64,000 nt of DNA, from contig JBKHIT010000019.1 of the NCBI GenBank assembly GCA_046538485.1, positions 1-64,000 on the forward strand, given 5' to 3'. Position 1 is the stretch's first letter; every line of letters begins with the position of its first letter. The stretch is from Candidatus Brocadiia bacterium. GTDB taxonomy: Bacteria > Planctomycetota > Brocadiia > SM23-32. The notes under the pieces were generated by a model that worked only from the letters and a program-made list of their open reading frames with translations, was not told the origin of the DNA and made no database searches. Positions 19,029 to 29,800 of this stretch are shown in pieces. The position numbers and the translations under genes were made by a program.

Positions 19029-19069
19029 GACTATATCCAGATTTAAGGTAAGAGAGATTGAGCCAATCT

Positions 19070-19128
19070 AAGATTCTGCCCTGACTTGACAAAAAGGGCG
19101 TCCAATTATCCGTAAAATCCGGGCTGGA
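19070..19128 (+). repeat. Dispersed element, copy B (3' part)
   Basis: AAGATTCTGCCCTGA...TCCAATTATCCGTAAAATCCGGGCTGGA. Confidence 0.75.
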
Positions 19129-19335
19129 GCCCGCGAATTTAAAAAAATCAGAAACACTGAACTCAGGAATTCGTGCGGGGATAGTTTTGGCGACCTCATC
19201 CCGTCTGAACTGATATTCAAGCCCAAACTACCATTATGAAGGTACTATAACAGGAGAAATGGATTCGGGCAACTGAGCCTGGTGGGGTCTCGTCAAGCGC
19301 AGCCCAGATAAATTTGTGTCATTATTTGACAAATA

Positions 19336-19350
19336 TGGCACGTTTCTTGC
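19336..19350 (+). promoter_or_regulatory. sigma54 (-24/-12) promoter
   Basis: TGGCACG-TTTC-TTGC matches TGGCACG-N4-TTGC. Confidence 0.7.
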
Positions 19351-19384
19351 GCTATATTACTTCAGTAAAACAATGGAGTCCTCA

Positions 19385-19476
19385 TGGACCGCAAACGATG
19401 CTTAAGGGTGTTCGGGATAAGCCCGGAGGCAAAAGGCGGTGGTTCAGAATGAAACACTGCCCGGTTCGCGGTTCCA
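19385..19476 (+). ncRNA. Candidate structured 5' leader (multi-way junction)
   Basis: Closing stem TGGACCGCAAAC/GTTCGCGGTTCCA enclosing three hairpins. Confidence 0.35.
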
Positions 19477-19520
19477 CAAATGAGTAAGATCATTGTTTTA
19501 GAATAAATTGGAGGTGCAGG

Positions 19521-20300
19521 ATGGATTGCGAAACACAAGCGGAAAGCTACGTTAATGAAATGGGGGAAGCGGCGGTTGCGCGATTGCGGCGGGTCTTCGG
19601 GCTTTCGAGTGTGCTTTGTGCACTTATAGGGTTATACCTTCTTCTAACGATGCAGCACCGAAGTGGAGCGGTCTTACGGGCATCGTTGGTTACAGTTCTG
19701 TTGTGGGGGCTTGTGGTGACTTCCTATGCCTTCTATTCGCTCTGGTTGGTTACGCAGGAAGCCAGGCAAAAATCGCAAAAAATGCATTGTGAAGATGGGG
19801 TAACAGGGCTGAGCGCAGAAACTGAATTACGGAGGAAGTTTCGGGAGCGACTGCAAATGTCGGAGAATCCCCAAACCATGGCAGCAGTGGGATATGCATG
19901 CCTCTCCGGAGTGGAGGAAATAAATAGCGATTTTGGCTATACGGCTGGCAACGTTGTTCTTCAACAGGTTTCACAGCAAATGAAAGAAGCGGCTCCTGAA
20001 GATGCGACAGTAGCCCGACTTGGAGGTGTGGAATTTGCCATGCTCGGAGAAGGGGATGCGGCGAGCCAGGTCGAAACAGTTATAAAAGATTTTGAGAACA
20101 GAGTTCGATCCTATACCCTCGATTTGGGGGCCAGAGGAAAAATTGAGGACCTGGAAGTGCGTGTGGGAACAGCGCGATTCCCCCAAGATGGAGAGTCGCT
20201 GGACGAGCTGATCAAAGCAGCTCGTACTGAAGCGAAGCAGGTTAGTTTCGAGGAAATTACGCGGGTAGGAAATAGCTCGACCCAGATTATGAACGCGTAG
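19521..20300 (+). CDS. Two-TM protein with degenerate GGDEF domain
   Basis: DGVTGL, IN..FGY.AGN.VL, RLGGVEF, G.A.FP.DG....L...A. Confidence 0.85.
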   Translation: MDCETQAESYVNEMGEAAVARLRRVFGLSSVLCALIGLYLLLTMQHRSGAVLRASLVTVLLWGLVVTSYAFYSLWLVTQEARQKSQKMHCEDGVTGLSAETELRRKFRERLQMSENPQTMAAVGYACLSGVEEINSDFGYTAGNVVLQQVSQQMKEAAPEDATVARLGGVEFAMLGEGDAASQVETVIKDFENRVRSYTLDLGARGKIEDLEVRVGTARFPQDGESLDELIKAARTEAKQVSFEEITRVGNSSTQIMNA

Positions 20301-20336
20301 TTTCACGGCAGTCGACTGCAGGCAAGCTGGATTTTG

Positions 20337-22166
20337 TTATTTCTCCCAGGGCAATCCGGCGGTGGGCTGGTTGGTAAAACGATCAACCTCTACCTGAAGG
20401 TTCCCCCCACACCCGGCCCCCAATTCCACCACAAAATAATGGTTATCCACGGGGTGTTTTTTGCCTCTGAAATTAACGCGTATGCATTTGTTTTCGCCAT
20501 AAGCGCCCATTTGGACCACGATCTTTCGTTTTTGGGTTTGGCTCAAATTGACAAGCTGGAGGCTAAATCCTTGCTTTGTAATGGAATTCACGAGAGCTCC
20601 AACATCGGGTGGCAGCCCGGGGCGGGCTTCTGTGGGATCGTAATGCCATGCTTCTGCCAGGATGGGCGTGCTTTGCCAGAGTGGGCCGATACTACCACAT
20701 GTAAGGTTGATGAGGGTATGGGTTGAGACGGGCTGGAAGCGTTGTGCGCGGTCCGAGCGGCGTTCCCAGTCCTCGCTGTTGTCTCGCTTCATCTGCTCTA
20801 CGCGATGGCGGATCCTTTTGATATCAGATTCAAACATGCGCCGGGGGAATTCCGGGTTTTTCCCCAGCACGAAAAATAACCACGCATAATCATCCACGTG
20901 GTAGAAAAATCCTGTCCGGTAGCTGAACTTGTGTTTCCCGCGACGTTGAAGATCTTCTTCGATCAGTTTCATATCTTCCGGCCGGAATTGTGTCAGGAAA
21001 AGGCGTGTGAGCGACCGGTGATAGCGACCTTTCCCATTCCAACCGTTGCTATCATAATGTGATGGAGGATATTTTTTGCCGTTTATCTCTACTTTATTTT
21101 CATAAAGCCTTCTAATCTGTTTTCGCAAGACGTCCATATATCTCATCTTTCCGGTGAGAAGGAGAGCGTTTTCAAGCGATGGTCGAATCCCGCGGAACAT
21201 GCTCCACCGGCCTTCCCAGCAGTCCCACCATTTCCCATTCCAGTGTTCGCCGACATTTCCCGAAAGCCCGACGTTTGAGGGGAAAATATCGTTATTTGCT
21301 GCCGCGCGCCGGCACCAGGCGTTAATGTAACTGAGGGCCCAGTTTTTATATTTCTTTTGCCCCGTGCAAATATAAGCATTTGTAGCTAATGTTGTGCTCA
21401 GAAGATTAACAGGAATATCGCCTTTCACGCGGGTCCAATTTTTAAGACGGGGGCGTTTTCCGATTTCCGGCCATTTGTTGCCCCAGTACTGCGGATTCAT
21501 CTCAAGCAGAGCGCCGCGGCTGCCGTTCATAGCACTGCGTATAATGTCATACTGGAAATCGTAATTGTTTTCGGCCCCCTGAGGCAGAGCTTCATTGCGG
21601 TAGAAACCAGCAAAACGAACGAGACGACTGCGAAAAGCGGTGTCCTGCGGGGCGGCCAGAGTGAGCTGGTTGAAGGCCGCGTAGTGTTCGCTGTTATGTT
21701 GCCAGTCAAACGCTGTAATGAATTCTTTATAAAGAACGCCCCACTGCGGGGCATATTCAATTTCCTCGTGGGTGTACTGTTTGATGTGGCCCTCAAAAGC
21801 CATTTTAAACATCTTTAGCACGTCAGCATCGGCGCCAAGGGCATAAAGCAGGGGCCAGTTGCCGCACGTTTCCATGACGTCATCAACGCCGTCAACAATG
21901 CTCCAGCGGGGGATGCATTTCATGTAGCCGCGTTGATCCCAGTATTTGGTGAAGAACATGCGCAGGGCGCGGGTGTTTTCTTCGAGCAATTTGCGTTCGT
22001 AAAAGGCCCAGGCCGGGGGAGACATCGGTCTTTTGATGTGAATAACAACAGCATCTTGCGGCAATGAGGTGGGAGCAGGCACGCTGTTCCCGGGAGCGGA
22101 TTCTGCGCTCAGGCAATTCGTAGCGATGATAAAGAAGGCAACGAGCACCAATTCAAACTCGCGCAT
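20337..22166 (-). CDS. Secreted hypothetical protein, possibly alpha/alpha-toroid enzyme
   Basis: Signal peptide; Trp/Tyr-rich; DGVDD..E, DWQH.SE motifs. Confidence 0.65.
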   Translation of the reverse strand: MREFELVLVAFFIIATNCLSAESAPGNSVPAPTSLPQDAVVIHIKRPMSPPAWAFYERKLLEENTRALRMFFTKYWDQRGYMKCIPRWSIVDGVDDVMETCGNWPLLYALGADADVLKMFKMAFEGHIKQYTHEEIEYAPQWGVLYKEFITAFDWQHNSEHYAAFNQLTLAAPQDTAFRSRLVRFAGFYRNEALPQGAENNYDFQYDIIRSAMNGSRGALLEMNPQYWGNKWPEIGKRPRLKNWTRVKGDIPVNLLSTTLATNAYICTGQKKYKNWALSYINAWCRRAAANNDIFPSNVGLSGNVGEHWNGKWWDCWEGRWSMFRGIRPSLENALLLTGKMRYMDVLRKQIRRLYENKVEINGKKYPPSHYDSNGWNGKGRYHRSLTRLFLTQFRPEDMKLIEEDLQRRGKHKFSYRTGFFYHVDDYAWLFFVLGKNPEFPRRMFESDIKRIRHRVEQMKRDNSEDWERRSDRAQRFQPVSTHTLINLTCGSIGPLWQSTPILAEAWHYDPTEARPGLPPDVGALVNSITKQGFSLQLVNLSQTQKRKIVVQMGAYGENKCIRVNFRGKKHPVDNHYFVVELGAGCGGNLQVEVDRFTNQPTAGLPWEK

Positions 22167-22474
22167 AAGCCAGTTCTTCCTATAATCAAACCCTTAAATC
22201 TGACGGCGGTTCAGTGTAACAGAAGGGCTTTCTTTGAACAATATTAGATCTCTCCGAGGATCATTGGCCCGGGTCAGTATGCGGGTCAGTATGTGTCGTT
22301 TGGCGAATTAAAAGTGTTGCGTTGACCCGAGAAGTCGAATATGCTGGAAAGTAGAAAAACGTCGAGACGCTATGTGTTTTTTGCGGTTGACAACTGCGCT
22401 CGGCGGCGGAGAATGAAAATTGGGTTATCCAAAAACTTCGTTTCAAGCGCTTCCTGCAGATTTGTGAGCTGAAA

Positions 22475-24130
22475 ATGAAACACGATAATTATAAAGAGAA
22501 TCAGGACGGAAGAGACTGGTGTCCACTGCCCGACGATCTGATGTCGCGGCTACCGCCATGGGTTTGTTCCCCGTGGCTATTCCCGGTGGTCGGGGTTCTG
22601 GCTCTTTTCTGGTTTTTAATCCGCGTGATTCCAAAACCCACTCGTGCGCGCTATCCGTGTCAGCGGGTGGCGATGCCGGTGGCGTTTGGATTTCTCGGAT
22701 GGATCGGGGGCATGCTGGCGTCCGTGACGTCGTTCCGTCGCATGAAAGGTTTTTTGCGTAAGGGCCGGTATGTTCTGGCTGTTTTTTGTGTCGTCGGGGT
22801 CGCAGTCGGCGCATGGTTTGCAATTGATCAAATTGCGCCGGAGCGTTTCCTTTGGGCGGATACGGTGGAACATTTTGTTCCGTCTGACAAACCGAATGAT
22901 CCTATGGGTCGCGGCAGAGGGATAAATCCCGGTCGGGTGGTATGGGTGCGTGATATGGGAGCGACCAGATGGGATGGAAAGACCGGGCATTGGTGGGATG
23001 CCGAAAGCATCAATCAGAACGTTGTTGACAAGATGGTATCGATGGGGCTGCGACGGCTCACCGGAAAGAAAGAAGACTCAACGGCGTGGGAAGCGCTTTT
23101 CCGGCATTTCAACCGGAGCAAAAAGGGGAATGATGCGGGGTATCGGAAGGGAGAAAAAATTGCAATAAAAGTGAATTTCAACAATTCGGGGTACAGATGG
23201 AAGGGGAATGGTCTGAATACCAGCCCCCAGATGATCCTTGCATTGCTGAGACAGCTGATTGAAAAGGCAGGGATACCTGAAGATGAAATCACGGTATATG
23301 ACGCATCTCGACTCATAGGAGATCCCGTATGGAAGCTTTGTCATGGTGCATTCCCGGGGGTCAGGTTTGTCGATAGAGAGGGCAAAAAGGGACGCATTAA
23401 GGCCCGCCCTGACAGGAGCGTAGCTGTTCATTACGCTGACACATCCCTGCCCGATAGCGGTAAAACATTCTTGCCAAAGTGTGTGACGGGAGCTCGTTAT
23501 TTGATAAATTTGGCGCTTTTGAAGGGGCACAGCCTGGCTGGTGTGACATTTAACGCGAAGAATCATTTTGGTTCTGTGTGGCGCGAGGCGGACAAGGACA
23601 AGTGGAATGCGGGTTGGTCTCCGGGGCATATGCATGAAACTGTTTCTGTCCACCAATACAGGGACTTTCCGCCGCGAGAATTGGGCACGTACACTCCATT
23701 GGTGGAGCTTATGGGCCACGCGCATCTCGGTGGGAAAACGCTGCTTTTCTTTATTGAGGGTCTTTATGGTGCTCCGCATCAGAGCTGCGAGCCTGAGGAG
23801 TGGGAGTCGGAGCCCTTTAACGGAAACTGGCCGGCGAGCATACTTGTTTCACAGGACCATGTGGCTATCGAGTCTGTGGGTCTTGATTTTTGCCGTTCCG
23901 AGCCGACCCTTAAGAAATACGTCCGCGGGGCGGTGGATAATTACCTTCACGAAGCGGCTGAAGCCAAAAAACCACCCTCTGGCTCTCAGTATGATCCGGA
24001 AGGAGATGAGACGGGTTTGGGTAGCCTGGGAGTCCACGAGCACTGGAACGACGTCCAGAGAAAGCAATACTCGAGGGATCTTGGGCGTGACCACGGTATA
24101 GAACTGATGCGGGTGGAAAACAAAGAGTAA
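22475..24130 (+). CDS. DUF362 domain protein with N-terminal TM segments
   Basis: G.G..PGRVVWV, IAIKVNFN, IN...LKGH..AGVT..AKNHFG, S.D.VAI.SV. Confidence 0.8.
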   Translation: MKHDNYKENQDGRDWCPLPDDLMSRLPPWVCSPWLFPVVGVLALFWFLIRVIPKPTRARYPCQRVAMPVAFGFLGWIGGMLASVTSFRRMKGFLRKGRYVLAVFCVVGVAVGAWFAIDQIAPERFLWADTVEHFVPSDKPNDPMGRGRGINPGRVVWVRDMGATRWDGKTGHWWDAESINQNVVDKMVSMGLRRLTGKKEDSTAWEALFRHFNRSKKGNDAGYRKGEKIAIKVNFNNSGYRWKGNGLNTSPQMILALLRQLIEKAGIPEDEITVYDASRLIGDPVWKLCHGAFPGVRFVDREGKKGRIKARPDRSVAVHYADTSLPDSGKTFLPKCVTGARYLINLALLKGHSLAGVTFNAKNHFGSVWREADKDKWNAGWSPGHMHETVSVHQYRDFPPRELGTYTPLVELMGHAHLGGKTLLFFIEGLYGAPHQSCEPEEWESEPFNGNWPASILVSQDHVAIESVGLDFCRSEPTLKKYVRGAVDNYLHEAAEAKKPPSGSQYDPEGDETGLGSLGVHEHWNDVQRKQYSRDLGRDHGIELMRVENKE

Positions 24131-24185
24131 CAGGCTGCGTTTGGACAAGGCCATAACCTGCCGTGTCGTCAACATTCCTGCTGTA

Positions 24186-25628
24186 TTATTGTTGTTCTGT
24201 CATCCATGCCTGGCGAATCTCGCCGGCCAGATAGAAGGAGCCGGTGATGCAGACGACATCGGTGGGCTCCGCGTCATTGAGCGCGGTGCTGAGGGCCTCA
24301 GTGGGTGATTTGATTGCTCGGACATTTTGTATGCCGGCAACTTTTGCAGTCGACGCGAGGGTTGTGGGGGTTGCCGCCCGTGGAGAATCAAATTGTGTGG
24401 TTATTATTTGTCTGGCGACGGGGGAAATGAGGCCGAGCATAGCCGAATAAGCTTTGTCCTCGGCCGATGCGTAAATAAAATGGACAACTCGTTCCGGGAA
24501 GTGTGTATTCAGGGCGGCCAGTAAGGCTTTGATGGACTGTTTTGTGTGGGCGGCGTCGAGGATTAAGGCGGGATTGCGATCGAGCAATTCCACGCGTCCA
24601 GGCCACCGGCATTGCTCTATACCTTTTCTGATGGCGTCTGGATGCAAATCTAGTTCCTTGCGGTTGACAAGACAGTCGAGAACGCCCACGGCCGTTGCAG
24701 AATTCTCCACCTGGTGGCGTCCAAGCAAAGAACAGGTCAATTCGCGATGATTGCGGAGGGGGGTTGCTAAGGAAAATCGCCACCCGACCGGAGCTTCGGG
24801 GTCACCCTGTGTTGCGACAAGAGGCTCGGCTGAATGAATCTCAATTTGTTGACCTAATTGCCAGGCAGGGCACTTCAGTTCCCGGGCACGCGTTCTGATG
24901 GCCTCCAAAGCTTTGGGAAACGGTTGGTGCCCCACAATAACAGGAACGCCCGGTTTGAGAATTCCGGCTTTCTCAGCGGCAATCTGCCGGGGAGTTGTGC
25001 CGAGTTTATCGGTATGGTCCATTCCGATAGGTGTAATGACACAACACCGCGGTTCGACGACATTTGTAGAATCGAGTCGACCACCAAGTCCGACTTCCAT
25101 AATTGTCCAATCAGCTTGTTTCTGGCGAAAATATGAAAGTGCGAGAACCGTCAGAATCTCGAAGTATGTCGGGGAAGACTGAGGGCCATCCTTTTTCATC
25201 TGTTCGATTTCCGGACGGAGTTTCGCAAGGGTCTGACAGAAATCCCGCTCGATAATTGGTTCTCCGTCAAAACGGATACGTTCGCGGATACTGACGAGAT
25301 GGGGAGATGTGTGGAATCCCGAGAGCTGCCGGCCGTTGCGGAGGCAGCTGTCAATGAATGCTCCTGTGGTTCCTTTGCCTTTTGTGCCAGCGATATGAAT
25401 TACAGGCAAACCATGATGAGGATTGCCAATGCGGTTGAGGAGGGCTTCAGTACGTGCAAGGTTAAAAGTTTTATTGGTGTACTCAACCCGCGTGGTTTGT
25501 TCATAGTTGGCATTTTTGTCGAGATACTTTTCGGCTTGTTCTAATGACGGGAAGATGTTTGACAATTTCTTATGCTTTACGGTCTGAGCTGAATTAGTGA
25601 TGGTGAGACAGCAATGGGCAGAAACCAA
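24186..25628 (-). CDS. folC: Folylpolyglutamate synthase/dihydrofolate synthase
   Basis: HIAGTKGKGTT, TSPHL...RERI, EVGLGGRLDSTNV, WPGR.E, LDAAHT; exact start uncertain. Confidence 0.95.
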   Translation of the reverse strand: MVSAHCCLTITNSAQTVKHKKLSNIFPSLEQAEKYLDKNANYEQTTRVEYTNKTFNLARTEALLNRIGNPHHGLPVIHIAGTKGKGTTGAFIDSCLRNGRQLSGFHTSPHLVSIRERIRFDGEPIIERDFCQTLAKLRPEIEQMKKDGPQSSPTYFEILTVLALSYFRQKQADWTIMEVGLGGRLDSTNVVEPRCCVITPIGMDHTDKLGTTPRQIAAEKAGILKPGVPVIVGHQPFPKALEAIRTRARELKCPAWQLGQQIEIHSAEPLVATQGDPEAPVGWRFSLATPLRNHRELTCSLLGRHQVENSATAVGVLDCLVNRKELDLHPDAIRKGIEQCRWPGRVELLDRNPALILDAAHTKQSIKALLAALNTHFPERVVHFIYASAEDKAYSAMLGLISPVARQIITTQFDSPRAATPTTLASTAKVAGIQNVRAIKSPTEALSTALNDAEPTDVVCITGSFYLAGEIRQAWMTEQQ

Positions 25629-25711
25629 TCCCTTCAGGGCGAGGGCGGAGAAGTTTTCAAATAATGGGAGGTGGAAAGTTACAAAAATTGTTGAACCGTT
25701 TACTGCTGTTC

Positions 25712-26542
25712 TTACTCTTTTTCATGCTCCGCTTCAGCTTCAGGAGGTGGTGTTTCGAGAGCCCCGGTATTTTCTTTTATTATCTCGAAGATTCGCACTC
25801 CGATGCCGGTCATTACACTTGTAAGCATCCCGCAGAGCATCATGATGAGGGCCATAGCAGAAGTTTCCATCAAAAAATCCCTCAGGCGTTTAATAGCAAA
25901 GGCAGATTTTCGCGGCGGGCCAAAGGGGTTGACTGGCCCCGAAGGCACCTTGAATAATGTGCACAAAAGGGTGAGGACAAGAACGAGAATAATAATTCCA
26001 ATGAGAGAATTTCGGACTTTGTCGAGAGGTACGCCGGCCCCGAGAGACAGGCTGAACAGGAGAAGAAACAGGACATAGAGGCGGAAGTTGCCCCATTCGG
26101 CCTGAAATACGTTACGCACAAGGCTGACTATAAGAAAACCGAGGCCTTTTATAAAGACGTGAAATCCGCCGGCGTCGAAAGAAGAGATTTCGGGTGCTTC
26201 CAGATCAAGGGAAAGCGGCGAACCGAGGGCAGCATTGGCACCCTGGAGGACTAAAGCACAGATAAAAAGCGGGGCAATTGGTACCATAAACTTCGAAACC
26301 GTTGCAAAGCCTTCCCCGGTGAAAGCCACCTCGCGTTCAGAAATATGATATATATTTGCGCGGTCGACTGTTGCGCCTGTGAGCATGGCAGTAACGGCGA
26401 TTGCGAACTTTCTGATAATAACTCCCGGGGCGGCTATCCAGAGCAGGAATTTGTAACTAAAGGAACTGTGGAGCAGAGAGTGCATCATAGCTCCAATGAG
26501 CAAACAAAGACTGAGCCAGATGAACATCGCCACGAATTCCAT
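25712..26542 (-). CDS. Polytopic membrane protein, M50B-peptidase-like without HExxH
   Basis: APGVIIRKFAIAVTAMLTGATV resembles PG..HE.SH...A.L.GA.V; downstream IAPLF. Confidence 0.55.
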   Translation of the reverse strand: MEFVAMFIWLSLCLLIGAMMHSLLHSSFSYKFLLWIAAPGVIIRKFAIAVTAMLTGATVDRANIYHISEREVAFTGEGFATVSKFMVPIAPLFICALVLQGANAALGSPLSLDLEAPEISSFDAGGFHVFIKGLGFLIVSLVRNVFQAEWGNFRLYVLFLLLFSLSLGAGVPLDKVRNSLIGIIILVLVLTLLCTLFKVPSGPVNPFGPPRKSAFAIKRLRDFLMETSAMALIMMLCGMLTSVMTGIGVRIFEIIKENTGALETPPPEAEAEHEKE

Positions 26543-26897
26543 GACAATATCCTTAAAAATCGCACACTGAATCCAGAAAAAGACATTCCTGAAAATTGAT
26601 CATGCTACCGAGACTAGTTTCCCACAGTCGCCCCCTTAATGTCAACAGGGAAATATTACAATCCAGCTTTTGAGTGGTGTTCTGGAGGCCCTTAAGGGTT
26701 GAAGAACTGGGCGGGCACTCCATATAATGTGGAGAAAACTGTATTGCATGCCCCGAGATGGGCCCCCGAATGCTTTGAAGAATGCAGTTTGGCTGTTTAC
26801 CTGCGGCCTGTCAGTCGTTAAAATAAAGATGGCTCTTGGAAGTTTCACTTAGCCCGCGGAAAAACCGCGGCAGGTAGATGCGTTATAAGGCTAAATA

Positions 26898-29800
26898 ATG
26901 GGTAAAGAAGCTCCACAAACATTGGGACGGTGCAAATTGCAGAGGAAGCTCGGCGAAGGTGCTATGGGTGCGGTATACCTTGCGGAGCATACGACGTTGC
27001 AGATCCCCGTAGCGGTCAAGCTGCTTCCGGAACGCATGCTCAAATCCAGCGACCAAAGCGCCGAAAGATTTATGCAGGAAGCGCGCATTGCTGCCAAACT
27101 CCATCATCCCAATATTGTCAGGGTGTATGACTGCGGGCAGGAAAGCGGTCTTTACTATCTTGTGATGGATTATATACAGGGCGAGACAGTCGCCGACCGG
27201 CTGCTTCGCGAAGGGCGGTTCGACTGGGAAGAAGGGGTGAGAATCGTCGTTTCTGTTGCTGGCGGACTTCATTCGGCCGCAGATAAGGGAGTTATACACC
27301 GTGATATAAAGCCAGATAATATTATGCTTGATACCGAAGACGTGCCACTTATCACGGATCTCGGTGTCGCAAAACTGGCCGACGTGACCGATTCGTCCGA
27401 GACGAAGGATGACGCAATGTTGGGCACGCCTTTTTATATGAGCCCGGAACAAGTGCGGGACGCACGGGATGCTGATGTTCGTTCTGATATCTACTCGCTG
27501 GGCGCCAGTCTTTATCATATGGTCTGTGGCGAACCACCATTTCAGGGGGGAAGCATATATGAGGTTATGAATAAACAGTTGCGCGATCCTGTTCCTTCGC
27601 CGCGCGAAAAAGTGCCCGAAATCCCCGATACCCTGTGCGACGTACTGGCGAAGACGATGGCCAAAAGTGCTGATCACCGTTACCAGGATTACGCTGAGTT
27701 GATCGAAGACCTGGGGCATGTGCTTGCCGGCGAACCCGTTTCAGCTGAAGGGGCCGAACGTGAGTTGCAAAAAGAGGCTGTTTCGGAAGGGGAAACCCTT
27801 GAACAGCTGCGTGGCGGGGAGATAAGCGGAGAAGAGATTCCAGAGCCTGCCACCGCTGTGGCAGCACAAGTATTAGGGATGACTGGAATTATTCTGTTTG
27901 TCGGCGGCATTGTCTTTTCTTACCGGGGTGTTCTTAATATGCAAAAGTACGCGGGCTGGGGGTTTGGCGCATTGGCTCTGATATTAACGTGTGTTACTAT
28001 TTTCAGGAAAATCAGGCCCAAGAGCGAAAAAATAACAGAGGAAACCGCTGACAGAAGTCGGGAAAGAAAACTGTCATTGTTGAGTATGCTTACCGAAGGA
28101 CTCGGTTTTTCAACCCCGGACTTCTATATATCGACAAAAGAAAGTGCCCGGTCTTTTTGCTCCGCACTCGGACGAAAGTGCAATATTGTGCTTTCAGAGG
28201 AGAGGTTGTTGAAGTACGAAATGACCGATATGGAGGTGACTACTCTGTTGTGTCAAAAATTGGGGGAATTCTACTATGGTCACGCCCTGCTGATGACAGT
28301 TCTTGATGGGCCCTTACGATTTTTCAACTTCGTTATGAAGCCCATTGATCGTCTGTCGATTTGGGCTGTTGATCGGGTAAGCCGTAGAGGCAGGAAATTG
28401 AGCGCGATGGCGATAACACTGTGTTTCGTCGTGTTTGCTGCTGTCCTCGGGGTGGTGCTTTTCTTTAATACCTCATTTGGGTTTGGGGTTTTATTTCTAC
28501 TTCTTGCTGGATTCCTGGCGCGCACAACGAAACGATATAGCCGGTACGCGTGCGATTCTTTTGCGGCGGCCGTACTTGCTGATACGGAACCGATAAAGTC
28601 GATCTGTGCGAAAGAAGCCATGCTGGAACCTCAGGGCTTGAAAACGATGTTGATTCGGGCAGACGTTGAATTGCCAAAAGAAGATGATGATGAAGAAATG
28701 ATTCTCGAAACAGGGGAAATAATTAAATTCGCGTCTTTCTATTCTGGGAAGGAATGGCAGGCCGGGACTATTTCACGGTGGGAGGAGTTTTGGACCGGTC
28801 ATGCGAAACCGGCGCTACGTATTAATATGGTTTCGGATGTCGAACCTGAACAGGCACCGACAATTCCCAAAGTGATAAATGACATTGTTCGGGAATGGGG
28901 GAGGATGCTCGGAGGAAGCAGTGAAGCACCGGCAACGATGATACCTGAGCCGGATAGAACGATGCCCTCGGTTCTGCTGGGAGGAATCGGAGGAATTCTT
29001 TTGAGCGCGGGCACTTTTTTGCTGCTTTTGCAAGAACAACAGGTCTACCTTGCATTTGCACTCGGTATCGTTCTTGTATCACTTACGCTGGGAGTGGTGG
29101 TGGGTCGGGCGCACCGCGAAAAAGAAAGCAGTCCACACGACCTTGTGCTTTCTGTTCTTGCTTCATTCGTAGGAGTGACCGTGCCCTATGTGCTGTTTTT
29201 CGGTTTTTTGCCGGGGCTCATGTACTCTCAGGCCATTCTTCAAGTGCCGACGGTTTTTATATTGAGCGGAGTTCTTATTTCGGCTGGTATTCGTCTGGCC
29301 TTAAGCAGACCCAAGAAACGCGTTGAAGAAGAGTTGGAAGAAGAGGCAGAAGGGGAAGCCGCAAAAAGTGAAGAAGAGTGGACGATCGAGGGTGAAGAGG
29401 CTGGGGAAGCAGCGGGCTGGTTCGATGAATTAAGCCTGGAGGAGGGCGAGGAAGAGGAAGAAGTTGGCGAAGAAGAGTTTGGTTCTGGGGAGCCCGATTT
29501 TGGCGAGAAAGAGGGCCTCGAAGGTCCGGGGGCAGAGGAGGAGATGATCGATGAAGGAGAGAAGGAAGAGATAGAAGAGGAAGAAATTGGGGAAGAAGAG
29601 TTTGATTCTGAGGAGCCCGAGTTTGGCGAGCAAGAGGGGCTTGAAGGTCCGGGGGCAGAGGAGGAGATGATCGATGAAGAAGAGAAGGAAGAGATAGAAG
29701 AGGAAGAAATTGGGGAAGAAGAGTTTCGTTCTGAGGAGCCCGAGTTTGGCGAGCAAGAGGGGCTTGAAGGTCCGGGGGCAGAGGAGGAGATGATCGATGA

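Noticed and set aside
19326..19358. sigma70 promoter TTGACA...TATATT
   Set aside because: 21 bp spacing is too long; the overlapping sigma54 site fits better.
19385..19476. Call as c-di-GMP-I (GEMM) riboswitch
   Set aside because: GCAAA motifs are present, but the GNRA-loop/receptor two-stem layout is not; kept only as an unknown structured leader.
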